From a virus (lineage: Duplodnaviria; Caudoviricetes): a stretch of 42,189 nucleotides of DNA. The translations under genes were made by a program, and so were the position numbers. The stretch spans positions 1 through 42,189 of IMG/VR virus record IMGVR_UViG_3300037790_000136; one strand, 5' to 3'. The notes beneath the pieces are model-generated. The model did no database searches. It was not told the DNA's origin and saw nothing but the letters and a program-made list of their open reading frames with translations. Below are positions 26,086 to 35,422 of the stretch, piece by piece (the first letter of the stretch is position 1; every line of letters starts with the position of its first letter).

Positions 26086-27722
26086 TCCGCGGCCTCCAAT
26101 TCCTTTCGCGCCGGGAATGACCGGCCGACGATGTCGATGTGTTTGCGATTCTTCTTGTTCGGTTCGACGCTGATCGTGACGGGCATGATCAGTTCATCGA
26201 CACGATGCAGGGCTTCGTCAGTTGATTTGGGATAGGGCGAGGATCCGCCATGGGTTGCCCACCACTGCATTGCAGCCTGGCAGCGGGTCATGCCGTGCTC
26301 GAACGCGATCCATTCGCGGTATTCGGAAATGCCCGCGATGAAGGTGACCTTGATGCTGTCTGGCATGCCTATTTTCTGATATCGATCGAGACGCCAATCC
26401 ACGACCGGGATCTGTTGCGGCGCGACCTTCTCACCGGACAGGATGCCGACCGACTTTTCGGCCTCGGCTTCATGCTTGGGCTTTTCCTCGCGTGGGAACT
26501 CGTGACCGCAAATCTTGCAGGTGATCGAGTTGATGGCGATCAGTTCCTGACAGCCCGGGCATTCCTTGGCTCGGACGCTGTCGACCGGAACCTTGCCCGT
26601 CTCGCTATCCGGGTTGAAGGTCTTGCTTTCAGCTCCTACCGAGTCGACCGGGCCGTGACGACGGATGTTGCCGGCATAGTCGAGCACAAGGCAGTTTTCC
26701 TTGCCTGACGACAGGCGAGTGCCGCGGCCGACGATCTGCACGTAGAGCGATGTCGAGAGCGTTGGGCGGAGCATCACGACCAGATCAACGGCAGGCGCAT
26801 CGAAACCGGTTGTGAGAACCTGCGCATTGGTCAGGCATTTGATTTCGCCTGCCTTGAACCGTCGCAGTATGCTGTCACGCTCGCCGGATGGCGTGTCGCC
26901 GGTCACTGTCTCGCATGATATGCCCTGTCCGCGCATGGCATCTCGGACATTAAACGCGTGTTTGACGCCCGCGCAGAAGACGAGCCACGAGCGGCGCGAC
27001 TTTCCAAAGTCACAGATCTCGGCCACGGCTTGCGCAGTGATCTTGTCGGAGGCCTTTTCAAGCTGTGCCGGGACGAACTCACCGCCCCGACGCTGGACGG
27101 CAGACACGTCGATCTCGGTCAATCCTGCCTTTGACACCAGCGGCGAGAGAAAGCCGTCCTCGATGCCACGGGCGATGCCGTAGGTGTAGACCGTCTCGTC
27201 AAAGAGCCGTGACGTTCCCGCATCGAGCCGTCCGGTGTCGAGCCGGTAGGGCGTGGCCGTGAAGCCGCAGACCCGGGCATGGGGTGACCGGGCATGAATG
27301 TCGTCGAGAAGCTGGCGATACATGCCCTCGCCCTTGGCCGGGACCAGGTGCGCCTCGTCGATGTGGATCAGGTCGCGATCGCCAAGCAGATCGGCGCGGC
27401 GAAACACCGACTGGATCGAGGCGAACGTGATGCGATGGTGCGCGTCACGCTTCCCGAGGCCTGCCGAGTAGATCCCGGCCGGAGCATCCGGCCAGACCTT
27501 AAGGAGTGCTGCGAAGTTCTGGCCGACAAGCTCGCGGACATGGACCAGCATGAGGATCCGCATCCGCGGATATTCTTCCATGAGCGATCGGGTCAGTTCG
27601 GCGATCACCATGCTCTTGCCGGTGCCGGTGGCCATCTCGACCAACGGGTTGCCGCCGCCCTTGGCCCAGTAATCGGTCACCGCCTTGATTGCATCTTGCT
27701 GATATGAGCGAAGGGCGATCAT
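26082..27722 (-). CDS. SF2 DEAH helicase (RadD/YejH-like) with C-terminal Zn ribbon
   Basis: LRSYQ, ATGTGKS, DEAH, TATP, TTGFD, QIVGRGTR, CPGC...CKICG. Confidence 0.92.
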   Translation of the reverse strand: MIALRSYQQDAIKAVTDYWAKGGGNPLVEMATGTGKSMVIAELTRSLMEEYPRMRILMLVHVRELVGQNFAALLKVWPDAPAGIYSAGLGKRDAHHRITFASIQSVFRRADLLGDRDLIHIDEAHLVPAKGEGMYRQLLDDIHARSPHARVCGFTATPYRLDTGRLDAGTSRLFDETVYTYGIARGIEDGFLSPLVSKAGLTEIDVSAVQRRGGEFVPAQLEKASDKITAQAVAEICDFGKSRRSWLVFCAGVKHAFNVRDAMRGQGISCETVTGDTPSGERDSILRRFKAGEIKCLTNAQVLTTGFDAPAVDLVVMLRPTLSTSLYVQIVGRGTRLSSGKENCLVLDYAGNIRRHGPVDSVGAESKTFNPDSETGKVPVDSVRAKECPGCQELIAINSITCKICGHEFPREEKPKHEAEAEKSVGILSGEKVAPQQIPVVDWRLDRYQKIGMPDSIKVTFIAGISEYREWIAFEHGMTRCQAAMQWWATHGGSSPYPKSTDEALHRVDELIMPVTISVEPNKKNRKHIDIVGRSFPARKELEAAE

Positions 27723-27913
27723 CCCAACACCTCCCGCACAGCGCTTTGCAGCGCCTTGGCGACGGCGAGCTGGTTCTCGATCTGCCAGCGGCGTTTCCAG
27801 TAGCCATCGCCGATCTGCTTTGCGGCCATGGCAGTTTCGATGAGCTGGTTTTCGCGCGCCAGTTCCGCCTCGATCGTCGAGACCTTGGCGTCGATTGGAT
27901 CGGTGATTTTCAT
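27719..27913 (-). CDS. Small hypothetical protein
   Basis: MKITDPIDAK..., overlapping both neighbours. Confidence 0.6.
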   Translation of the reverse strand: MKITDPIDAKVSTIEAELARENQLIETAMAAKQIGDGYWKRRWQIENQLAVAKALQSAVREVLG

Positions 27914-28818
27914 GCCGCGTCTCCCGAAAATGTGTCGAGAAGATCGCCGCCGAATTGGGTGTCGGACATGTGCGACAAGTTCTTGATGGCCTGCCGGAAA
28001 TAGGCCTCTTTCAACTCGAACCCGACGAACTTGCGACCCGCCTTGAGCGCGCCCCATCCTTCCGAGCCGATGCCCATGAATGGCGAGAGCACGATGTCGT
28101 TCGGATTGGACCAGAGCCGGATTGCGCGCTCGATCAGATCAAGCTGCAGCGGGCAAAGGTGCTTCTCGTCCTTGTCGTCTTTCGCGGTACGGACGTTGAG
28201 GACATTGGTCTGGTTGATGTCCATCCAGACAGGCGACGCCCATTGCTGCCACTGCGAGACCGGAAATTCGCGTGCATCCTTGCCGACCGGGTCGATCAGC
28301 TTCTCGTCGGACGGCGTCTTGCGGAAAACCAGCAGGTAATCGGGCAGGCCCTGGCGCGATCGCGCGCTGTCCTTGCGCAGCGTCTTGTACAGAAGCCCAT
28401 GCGCCTTGGTGCGCTGCATCTCGACGACAGGGTCTTTCCAGATCGTGATCCGGCTGTGATAGGTCCATCCTGCCTCGGCATGGGCGCGGATGATATCGCC
28501 CGGCATATCCCAGAGCCCGCCAACGCCGTGACTGACCTTCGTGCGCGGCATATCAGTGCAGTGAACAGCAGTCAGCCGGCCCGACTTTGTGACCCGAAAC
28601 AGATCGCGGACTAGAAAGCCGTAATGCTCAAGGAATTCGGCATCATTTGCCGCATTGCCCATGTCTCGCTCGCTGTCCGAATAGATGAACAGGTGCGAGA
28701 ACGGCGGGGAGTAGATCGAGAAGCCTACGCTTTCGGACGGGATTTCGCGGATGCCTTCGACGCAATCAGCATTGTATGCCGTGAAGTTGTCGCCGTGATG
28801 GGAATCAAGCACTTTCAT
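27910..28818 (-). CDS. N4-cytosine/N6-adenine DNA methyltransferase (beta-type order)
   Basis: Catalytic SPPF near N-terminus; H.CP and SPFMGIGS AdoMet motif near C-terminus. Confidence 0.9.
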   Translation of the reverse strand: MKVLDSHHGDNFTAYNADCVEGIREIPSESVGFSIYSPPFSHLFIYSDSERDMGNAANDAEFLEHYGFLVRDLFRVTKSGRLTAVHCTDMPRTKVSHGVGGLWDMPGDIIRAHAEAGWTYHSRITIWKDPVVEMQRTKAHGLLYKTLRKDSARSRQGLPDYLLVFRKTPSDEKLIDPVGKDAREFPVSQWQQWASPVWMDINQTNVLNVRTAKDDKDEKHLCPLQLDLIERAIRLWSNPNDIVLSPFMGIGSEGWGALKAGRKFVGFELKEAYFRQAIKNLSHMSDTQFGGDLLDTFSGDAA

Positions 28819-30232
28819 GGATCAACCACGCCGGAAGGCGCGCCTCTGATTTCGGTTGATAGGATGTCTTGCGGATGTGGGATTGGTGAGCGTTGCGCAT
28901 CGCGATCTGCATCTCGCGCTTCATGGCCAGATGGTCGCCAGCCTTGCGGTCGATAACGCGCTTGATGGCCGCCTCGGTGTCAGCCATGGCGATATGCACC
29001 TCGACTTCGCGCTTTTGCCCGAAGCGCCATGCTCGCCTTATCGCCTGGTAATAGTTCTCATAGGAGAAGCTGAGCCCGGCAAAGGCCATGCGGGCGCATT
29101 GCTGCCAATTGAGGCCATACCCCGCGATTGAAGGCTTTGTGATGAGGACTCGCAGATCCCCACGGGTGAAGGCGTCCAGCCGTTCCTCTTTCAGGGAAAG
29201 CTGCATCGATCCGCGCACTTCCAATGCGTCCGGAATGCGTTCTACCACAGCATCGGCGTCGTAGTCGGTGTCGCACCAGATCAGCCACTGCTCTTCCGGA
29301 TCACTGTCGATGCACTCGGTGACAAGATCGGCCCGGTCTTCACTGGTCAGGCGCTTTTCTGCATGGATGGCCGTCGCGGACGTGTCGGGCATGCGGAACA
29401 GGCGCTGCTGTCCGATGAATTTGCCGTTCTTTTCCTCACCGGCATCGATGAACCTGTCCGCCTTGACGGTGTGCTCATAGGTCCGGATTTCGGGCAGAAC
29501 ATAGCCATCATCGGGAAAGCCAAGATCGGACGGCAGAGAAACGCACCGCGACCATGACGCCACCCAGCGCCAGAAATCGGAAACGGCATGGCCCTTGATC
29601 CGCCATGTTCCGGTGTTGGCCGTGTCATTGATAAACCATCGGGGCAGCATCTCGTCACGGCGCATCACGCCAAGGAACTCGGCATGCGTTCCAAGCTCGG
29701 TGTGATCGTTCGGTGCCGGCGTGGCGGTGCAGCAAAGCCGATAGGGCGTCTGCGAGAACAGTTGGATCAGCTTGCGCGTGGTGACGCCAGCAAAGCTCTT
29801 GAGGATCGAACTTTCATCCAGGATCACGCCGCCGAACCGATTGACGAGAAAGTTGTCGACCCGCTCGTAATTCGTGATGTAGATCCGGGCCGGACCTTCG
29901 ATCTCGTCGGCGGTGCGGATGTATTTGGCGTCGATGCCGAAGCGCCGGGCCTCGCGTTCGTGTTGCGGACCGACTGCGAGGGGCGCAAGCATCAGGACGG
30001 GCTTGTTTGTCTTCTCGACAACCACCCTGCCCCATTCCAGAGCCGAGAACGACTTGCCGAGTCCGGTGTCGAGAAACATGGCCGCGCACCCGGCATGCAG
30101 GGCGAACTCGGTTACGGCGCGCTGGTGCGGGAACAGATCGGGGTGCAGGTCGGGGATCTGATCGAAACCGCGCGGGGTGAAGGCCACGGCCTTGCGGGCG
30201 ATCAGATCTTCATAGGACGGGTGCGCGTTCAT
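28805..30232 (-). CDS. SNF2-like helicase paired with the methyltransferase
   Basis: DTGLGKS, LDESS, TATPAPND, GLNWQ, QAIRRAWRFGQ. Confidence 0.9.
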   Translation of the reverse strand: MNAHPSYEDLIARKAVAFTPRGFDQIPDLHPDLFPHQRAVTEFALHAGCAAMFLDTGLGKSFSALEWGRVVVEKTNKPVLMLAPLAVGPQHEREARRFGIDAKYIRTADEIEGPARIYITNYERVDNFLVNRFGGVILDESSILKSFAGVTTRKLIQLFSQTPYRLCCTATPAPNDHTELGTHAEFLGVMRRDEMLPRWFINDTANTGTWRIKGHAVSDFWRWVASWSRCVSLPSDLGFPDDGYVLPEIRTYEHTVKADRFIDAGEEKNGKFIGQQRLFRMPDTSATAIHAEKRLTSEDRADLVTECIDSDPEEQWLIWCDTDYDADAVVERIPDALEVRGSMQLSLKEERLDAFTRGDLRVLITKPSIAGYGLNWQQCARMAFAGLSFSYENYYQAIRRAWRFGQKREVEVHIAMADTEAAIKRVIDRKAGDHLAMKREMQIAMRNAHQSHIRKTSYQPKSEARLPAWLIHESA

Positions 30233-31374
30233 TCCGCCGCCTCCAGACGAGGCGACGGGGCGAGCAGGGTCAATGCTTCGACCGCGTTCTTGCTGTCAGA
30301 TATCCTCATTGGCATCTGGATTGAATTGAATCCGTCGCGCTCCGATGTGATGCGGATTGGAGCGCCCGGATCGACAAAGCGCATGGTCAATGATCCGGAG
30401 CCGCGATGCGCAGCTGCTATGTCTCGCAGATATCGGCCATTGACTGAGAAGATGAACGGATTATCGGAGACGCCGGATACGTCGGCCGGGACCAGTTCGC
30501 GGGACTTGCCGATGCCGGTGTTGCCGGAGGAAACAGCCACCCGGCCATCTGCCGATATCGCAAAGTCGGTCCATTTGGTGCGACTATCGATGACGGTCGC
30601 CGATACCCGCTTGATTGCGGCCACCAGTCGCTTCACATCGACCACCATCACGGGCGCATTGTCCGCAATCCTGGGAATGACGCGCTGATAGTCCGGATAG
30701 GTGCCGTCGATCAGCTTCGACCGGAGCACGACGCCCGGCAGATCGAATACGATGACGTTCTCGCCAAAGCTGATCTGCGACGGCCCACCGAGAGCAAGCA
30801 GCGCCTCGACAGCCATGCGGGGAATGATCGGTCTTGCCTTGGCCTCAATTGCGACCGCGACATAACCGAGACGATGCCCGTCAGTCGCGACCAGTCTGCC
30901 GTCATAGATGCAAACGCCGTTGAGATAGTACCGGGTTTCCTCGGTCGACATGAAATGCGACACGAAGCGGAGCTTGTCGAGAAAGCCTTCCGGAGCCTTG
31001 AAGGTGCGTTTGATCGGTCTGTTTACCGGGTCCGGGAAGTCCTCGGCAGGCAGCGTGTTGAGCGTGTAGAGCCCGCCCTCGAAAGCCAGCGTTGCGCCGC
31101 GATCCTTTTCCGAGGTGATCGTCACGACCATGTCTCTGGGCAAATTTCCCACGATTGCGGACAGGACACGATGATCGAGGCAGATCGAACCCTTGGCGGT
31201 CGATGTCGGGATTTTCGCCTTGATCTCGATATCCAGATCGGTGGCGGTCATGGTATCGCGACGGATCCGGACATGCGACAGGATCGGGACTGTGTAATAT
31301 CGGCGGATCGCTGGCTTGACGGCTTTCAGAGCGGCATGCAGCGCGCCCGCTGTGGTGGCGAGGTTGAATGTCAT
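30229..31374 (-). CDS. dnaN: Phage-encoded DNA polymerase III beta sliding clamp homologue
   Basis: ATDLD, STEETRYYLNGV, VATDGHRL, SKLIDGTYPDYQRVIP, C-terminal MPMR. Confidence 0.9.
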   Translation of the reverse strand: MTFNLATTAGALHAALKAVKPAIRRYYTVPILSHVRIRRDTMTATDLDIEIKAKIPTSTAKGSICLDHRVLSAIVGNLPRDMVVTITSEKDRGATLAFEGGLYTLNTLPAEDFPDPVNRPIKRTFKAPEGFLDKLRFVSHFMSTEETRYYLNGVCIYDGRLVATDGHRLGYVAVAIEAKARPIIPRMAVEALLALGGPSQISFGENVIVFDLPGVVLRSKLIDGTYPDYQRVIPRIADNAPVMVVDVKRLVAAIKRVSATVIDSRTKWTDFAISADGRVAVSSGNTGIGKSRELVPADVSGVSDNPFIFSVNGRYLRDIAAAHRGSGSLTMRFVDPGAPIRITSERDGFNSIQMPMRISDSKNAVEALTLLAPSPRLEAAE

Positions 31375-31760
31375 GCGACCTCCTCGGCGACAAAGCCGGG
31401 ATGCTTCGCGCTCATATGGTTTTTCAGGTTTTGGAAAGAGCGATTGCAGCATGGGCAGACCCCTGCGGCGGCTCGGTTTTTCAGTCTGGTGATCTGCCCC
31501 TTACGGGCCGATGCGGAGCGTTCGGCGGCTTCGCGAAGACTGCGCTCGCGGGCGGCATTTTCCTCAAGGCGCGCGGCCTCCTGCTTGAACCGGTCACGTT
31601 CGCGACGGATACGGTCGTGCTCGCTCTCGGTGTAGGATTGAGAGTGTCCGGCCGGGCAAAAGAAGCTCTTGCCATCGCGTCGGCGTGCGTCGTCGAACGA
31701 CTTCGGAACGGCGAAGCGAATGAAACATGCGCAGCATTCCTGAACGTAGAGGTCGCTCAT
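31371..31760 (-). CDS. Hypothetical Zn-finger / coiled-coil protein
   Basis: CC.C...FCPAGH, coiled coil, CPCC...H....H C2H2-like end. Confidence 0.7.
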   Translation of the reverse strand: MSDLYVQECCACFIRFAVPKSFDDARRRDGKSFFCPAGHSQSYTESEHDRIRRERDRFKQEAARLEENAARERSLREAAERSASARKGQITRLKNRAAAGVCPCCNRSFQNLKNHMSAKHPGFVAEEVA

Positions 31761-32698
31761 GCCGCCCTCCCGCGATCCGCGCCATCGATCCACTCGCCGC
31801 CGTCCGGCAGGCGATAGGTGACGGTCTCGGCTTCCGGATCTGCATCGATCTGTTCGCCGGGCACAAGGTCCGGCAAGTAGAGATGCGAGGGACAACCGGC
31901 CCGCTGATCGTCGCTGGTCAGCTCGCGGTCATAACGGACGCAATACCACTCGCCGTTCTGAACCGGGCCGCTATGCAAACAGGTGCGGCAATTGCGAGGC
32001 GAGAACTCGCCGCCATGGCAGACAGAATGCGCCGCGCATGTCTTGCAGTCGTAGTGATCGGGCTTGTCGGCAATCCTGACCGGAGCGCGCTGGGCAAACT
32101 TGATCCGCTCAAGCCGGGCCATGATCGCCATGGCGTGGGCCGCGTCGTACTTGATACGCTCGGCATGGATCGACCCGTCATTGCGGTCGCAACACACATA
32201 GATTGCCCGTACCTGACAGCGCATGTGCATCGCGAATTGAGCCTTGGCGACGTGATCCGGCCTTGCCTTCTCGACACCGAGCTTGGCCACTCGGCGGAAT
32301 GCTTGCGTGTTGAGCGCGGCGGAAATGACCAGGTGCGGCGTTTTCGGCGCTTCCTTGACACCGGACGCAATGCCATCGATCGGCGCATAGAAATGGCCGT
32401 CCAGCGCTTCGATGCCGTGATAGATGCCCGTTGCCATATCGAGCACTTCGACGGTCACGCCGCTATCGGTCAGCCATCGCAGCAAGAGCGGCTTGACGGT
32501 CATCGCGATATCGCCGGCACGTGACCAGCGAGCCGGGCGGCACTGCGGGTTTGAGGCCCAGCGGAAGCCGTACCAGATAGACCGCTCGCAAGCATTGCCG
32601 ACATCGGACAGCGAGAGCCGCGAGGGTCGCGACTGCGGACGGTCAAACACCTCGATGGCGTCGAGCGTCGGATTGATGGGTGCGGGGAGCGCGGTCAT
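31757..32698 (-). CDS. Cas4-like PD-(D/E)xK exonuclease homologue, active site apparently degenerate
   Basis: CERSIWYGFRW, DG...EAPKT.H, CKTC....VC, NCRTCLHS, GCPSHLYLP framework; expected E-x-K and Q-x-Q-x-Y motifs absent. Confidence 0.75.
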   Translation of the reverse strand: MTALPAPINPTLDAIEVFDRPQSRPSRLSLSDVGNACERSIWYGFRWASNPQCRPARWSRAGDIAMTVKPLLLRWLTDSGVTVEVLDMATGIYHGIEALDGHFYAPIDGIASGVKEAPKTPHLVISAALNTQAFRRVAKLGVEKARPDHVAKAQFAMHMRCQVRAIYVCCDRNDGSIHAERIKYDAAHAMAIMARLERIKFAQRAPVRIADKPDHYDCKTCAAHSVCHGGEFSPRNCRTCLHSGPVQNGEWYCVRYDRELTSDDQRAGCPSHLYLPDLVPGEQIDADPEAETVTYRLPDGGEWIDGADRGRAA

Positions 32699-33147
32699 GA
32701 CATGAAGTCCATGACCGGATCGGCTGGCTTGAATGGCGCATCGCCCTTGCCAGTCCATTGCTCGCCATAGAGAACGGCTTGGAACAGTGCGATACGGTCC
32801 TGCTTGTTGAGCAGATTGAGACGCTTGCAAAGCCATGTTGCAGTGCGATGGCGATCGGCGAAGCGCTTGTTAGCGGTCACGATCAGATTGACGTTGCCAC
32901 GACGCCACGACATGAAAGTGTCTGCTGCCATCTGGTAATGCTCGCCACCTTCCCAGTGGAAATGCAGCCCGCCAAGGCAGTTGACGACTTCGCCCACGTC
33001 CGTCTCTTTCGGCGAAATCTCGACAAGAAAGTCCTCGTCGGTATCGAGCGGTGCCGGGTCGCAGGTGACGCGCGAACCGCACGGCTCAATGCTGACGATC
33101 TCGCCACCGGTCAGGCGTGCCGCGACTTCTGTTTTCCAGTCCTCCAT
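32695..33147 (-). CDS. Small nucleotidyltransferase-fold protein
   Basis: GSR...DTDEDFLV resembles the pol-beta NTase hG[GS]x9-13DxD motif. Confidence 0.6.
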   Translation of the reverse strand: MEDWKTEVAARLTGGEIVSIEPCGSRVTCDPAPLDTDEDFLVEISPKETDVGEVVNCLGGLHFHWEGGEHYQMAADTFMSWRRGNVNLIVTANKRFADRHRTATWLCKRLNLLNKQDRIALFQAVLYGEQWTGKGDAPFKPADPVMDFMS

Positions 33148-33359
33148 CACGCCACCTCCCCACGCCGCATGACCTGCGCTGTCTTGCTGATCAATGCGCG
33201 AGCACGGGCACGATTGAAGGCATGGAAGCCCTCGACCTCGTTTGCAGCGACCAGATCGGCCGGAGCGAGAAGGAAGTCGGGCGTCTTGGTGAGGTTCGGA
33301 TTGGGCTGGTCAGGGCGCTCATAATCGCGCCTCTTGCAAGGCAAGGCTTCGCCGTTCAT
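33147..33359 (-). CDS. Small hypothetical protein
   Basis: AAGGA RBS; TGATG coupling to next gene. Confidence 0.55.
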   Translation of the reverse strand: MNGEALPCKRRDYERPDQPNPNLTKTPDFLLAPADLVAANEVEGFHAFNRARARALISKTAQVMRRGEVA

Positions 33360-33407
33360 TGTCGCGGTCCTTTCGCGGTCAATGTGAAAATCGTTGATGG
33401 TGAAGGT

Positions 33408-33447
33408 GCCGGGCGGGTCGGTTTACTAGGCCAGTTGCCCGCCCGGC
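33408..33447. other. GC-rich stem-loop after ssb gene
   Basis: Perfect 10-bp IR GCCGGGCGGG / CCCGCCCGGC; no U tract. Confidence 0.5.
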
Positions 33448-33454
33448 TGGATCA

Positions 33455-34042
33455 TCAGTATGGAATGTCGTCGTCGACCAGCTGCTGCTGCTGCGCGCCG
33501 GACTTCAGATGACCGAATGGGTTGGCGTTGCCTGCGGGCTTGCCGCCAGGTGCCGGGCCGCGCTGTTGCGTCGGAGCGGGACCGCGCGATGCTGGCGGAC
33601 CGGAGCGCTGTGCTGGGCCATTGTTGGCCGGCTTTACGCTTGTCACCTCGTTCTGTGGCGCATACTGCCCGTTCGGATCGGTCTTGACCTTGACCTTGAT
33701 GATGCACGGGATCTGCAGAAGCTCGTCGGTATCAGCCACATTCAACTTGCCGGTGGCTTCACGGACAGCGGCAAACTGAGAGTTGGCGATACTGATCACC
33801 TTCTCGAGGTTGTTCATGTTCTCGGCCCACATGTTGAGCCGCTGCCAGATCAGGCGCCCGTCATGCGTCGAGCCCTGAACTTTCCAAGTCAGAACCAGGC
33901 AACGGCCTTTTTCGGATTTGCTTGAAATCTCGGCAATCTCGGACTGCTCGATGATGGCAAGATATTCGCCGGCCGGGATCGGATCGAAATCGCCCGACGA
34001 TGGCTCGGCATTCTGGTCGTAGTGTCCTGCGATCTGTACCAT
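33455..34042 (-). CDS. Single-stranded DNA-binding protein (DUF669)
   Basis: FDPIPAGEY...GRLIW..LN pattern; Pro/Gly linker; acidic tip DDDIPY. Confidence 0.88.
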   Translation of the reverse strand: MVQIAGHYDQNAEPSSGDFDPIPAGEYLAIIEQSEIAEISSKSEKGRCLVLTWKVQGSTHDGRLIWQRLNMWAENMNNLEKVISIANSQFAAVREATGKLNVADTDELLQIPCIIKVKVKTDPNGQYAPQNEVTSVKPANNGPAQRSGPPASRGPAPTQQRGPAPGGKPAGNANPFGHLKSGAQQQQLVDDDIPY

Positions 34043-34914
34043 TACGCAGCATCCTTCTGTTCGACCGCGCCCACGGCTTCGGTCTGTGTTTCGTCAAATC
34101 CGGGGAGATAGGGAGAGAGGGCGGCGAAACCCTGCCCCTTGTCGTAGCGAACCGTCGCGGGAATGCCGTAGCGATTCTTGGCGTTGAGCGAGGGCTTGCC
34201 GACCGTGTTCATGGTCACGACTTCGCCACCGGCCGCGCGGACCCGGGCCGTGCTCTTGTCGTTCTTGGCAGCAACACCAGTCTTGTCGTCCTGCTTGATG
34301 ACGACGTTGCGCTTGAGCAGGATCACGGCATCAAGCCAGCGCTCGAAAAGCGCCCGGTGATCGGCCCTGCCCTGATCGCCTTTCTTCGGAGCGTGCAGGG
34401 AAATCTGGTGCTGATCATAGGCCGGAAGCTCAGGATCCTTGTGCTCCTGGACTGCAGAATGGGCGATCAGAATGATCGCCATGTTCCGGTCATTGCGCAG
34501 GGCGTCGAGATACGCGATGAACTCCTGCCAGACCGTAGTCGCGAACATGAAGCCCTTGGAATATGGGAAGTCCTCCATGCGGGCGTAGCTCACGCCATTC
34601 TCGTCGCCGCGCGTGCAGGTTTCCTCGTAGACGAGCTTCTGCATTTCGGTCACGCTGTCGATGACAACGGTCCTGTAAGCGTGATCACCCTCATAGAGAG
34701 CGGCCAGCGCCTCGACGACTTCGCCGTAGGTTCCGAGCTTGCCGAAGCTGGTCAGCTCGGCGTCACCTGGCGTCCCGTCCTCGACCTGCAGGAACACGGC
34801 GTTCGGAAATTCCGATGCGAGAGTAGTTTTCCCGATCCCGGGCGGGCCATAGATGAGCATGCGCGGCGGCTTGTCGGCGCGCACCTGTTTGAGATCAGCG
34901 AGTGAAATCGGCAT
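34042..34914 (-). CDS. Sak4-like AAA ATPase (single-strand annealing)
   Basis: IYGPPGIGKTT, VIDS, IAHS, AKNRYG; adjacent to SSB. Confidence 0.88.
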   Translation of the reverse strand: MPISLADLKQVRADKPPRMLIYGPPGIGKTTLASEFPNAVFLQVEDGTPGDAELTSFGKLGTYGEVVEALAALYEGDHAYRTVVIDSVTEMQKLVYEETCTRGDENGVSYARMEDFPYSKGFMFATTVWQEFIAYLDALRNDRNMAIILIAHSAVQEHKDPELPAYDQHQISLHAPKKGDQGRADHRALFERWLDAVILLKRNVVIKQDDKTGVAAKNDKSTARVRAAGGEVVTMNTVGKPSLNAKNRYGIPATVRYDKGQGFAALSPYLPGFDETQTEAVGAVEQKDAA

Positions 34915-35422
34915 GATCTTCTCCATTTTCGAGTTGTGGCGCGTCAACCACCAATGCCCCGCTTGCGCCATCGTGCGAGGGGTGGAACGTCAGCGTCATG
35001 CGCTGGCATGGGTAGATGGCGACGTGCGCCAAATGGTTGGCTTTCGGCGACCAGAAGGCGAAGGCCGCGGTCACGAACCGGTCATCATCGATGATGTCAG
35101 CTTTAACCAGCGCGTCCTGTGTCGCCTTGATCCTGTTGTCGATGTCGGCCTGCGATGAATGCCGCTCGACACCGATAAGGATGATGACCCGGCCCGCGAC
35201 CTTCTGGACGCATTGCATCCTGATTGCGGTCGCGGCCTGCATCTTCCAATCCTGATATTGCGCTGTCGGCGCCCTGCCCTTCACCGTGTCCTTGAACAAA
35301 GCATTGGTCGAAGGTGGCGCGGGCAGCGTGAATGTGACCGGGACGGGCTTGGGAACCTCATCCGCCCCGGTCGGGACGCCTGGCACGGTCGTCCGGTTCT
35401 TGATCGTGTTGCGGGCCAGCAT
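34895..35422 (-). CDS. rusA: RusA-family Holliday junction resolvase
   Basis: PPSTN...DIDNRIK...DAL...IIDDD motif. Confidence 0.9.
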   Translation of the reverse strand: MLARNTIKNRTTVPGVPTGADEVPKPVPVTFTLPAPPSTNALFKDTVKGRAPTAQYQDWKMQAATAIRMQCVQKVAGRVIILIGVERHSSQADIDNRIKATQDALVKADIIDDDRFVTAAFAFWSPKANHLAHVAIYPCQRMTLTFHPSHDGASGALVVDAPQLENGEDHADFTR

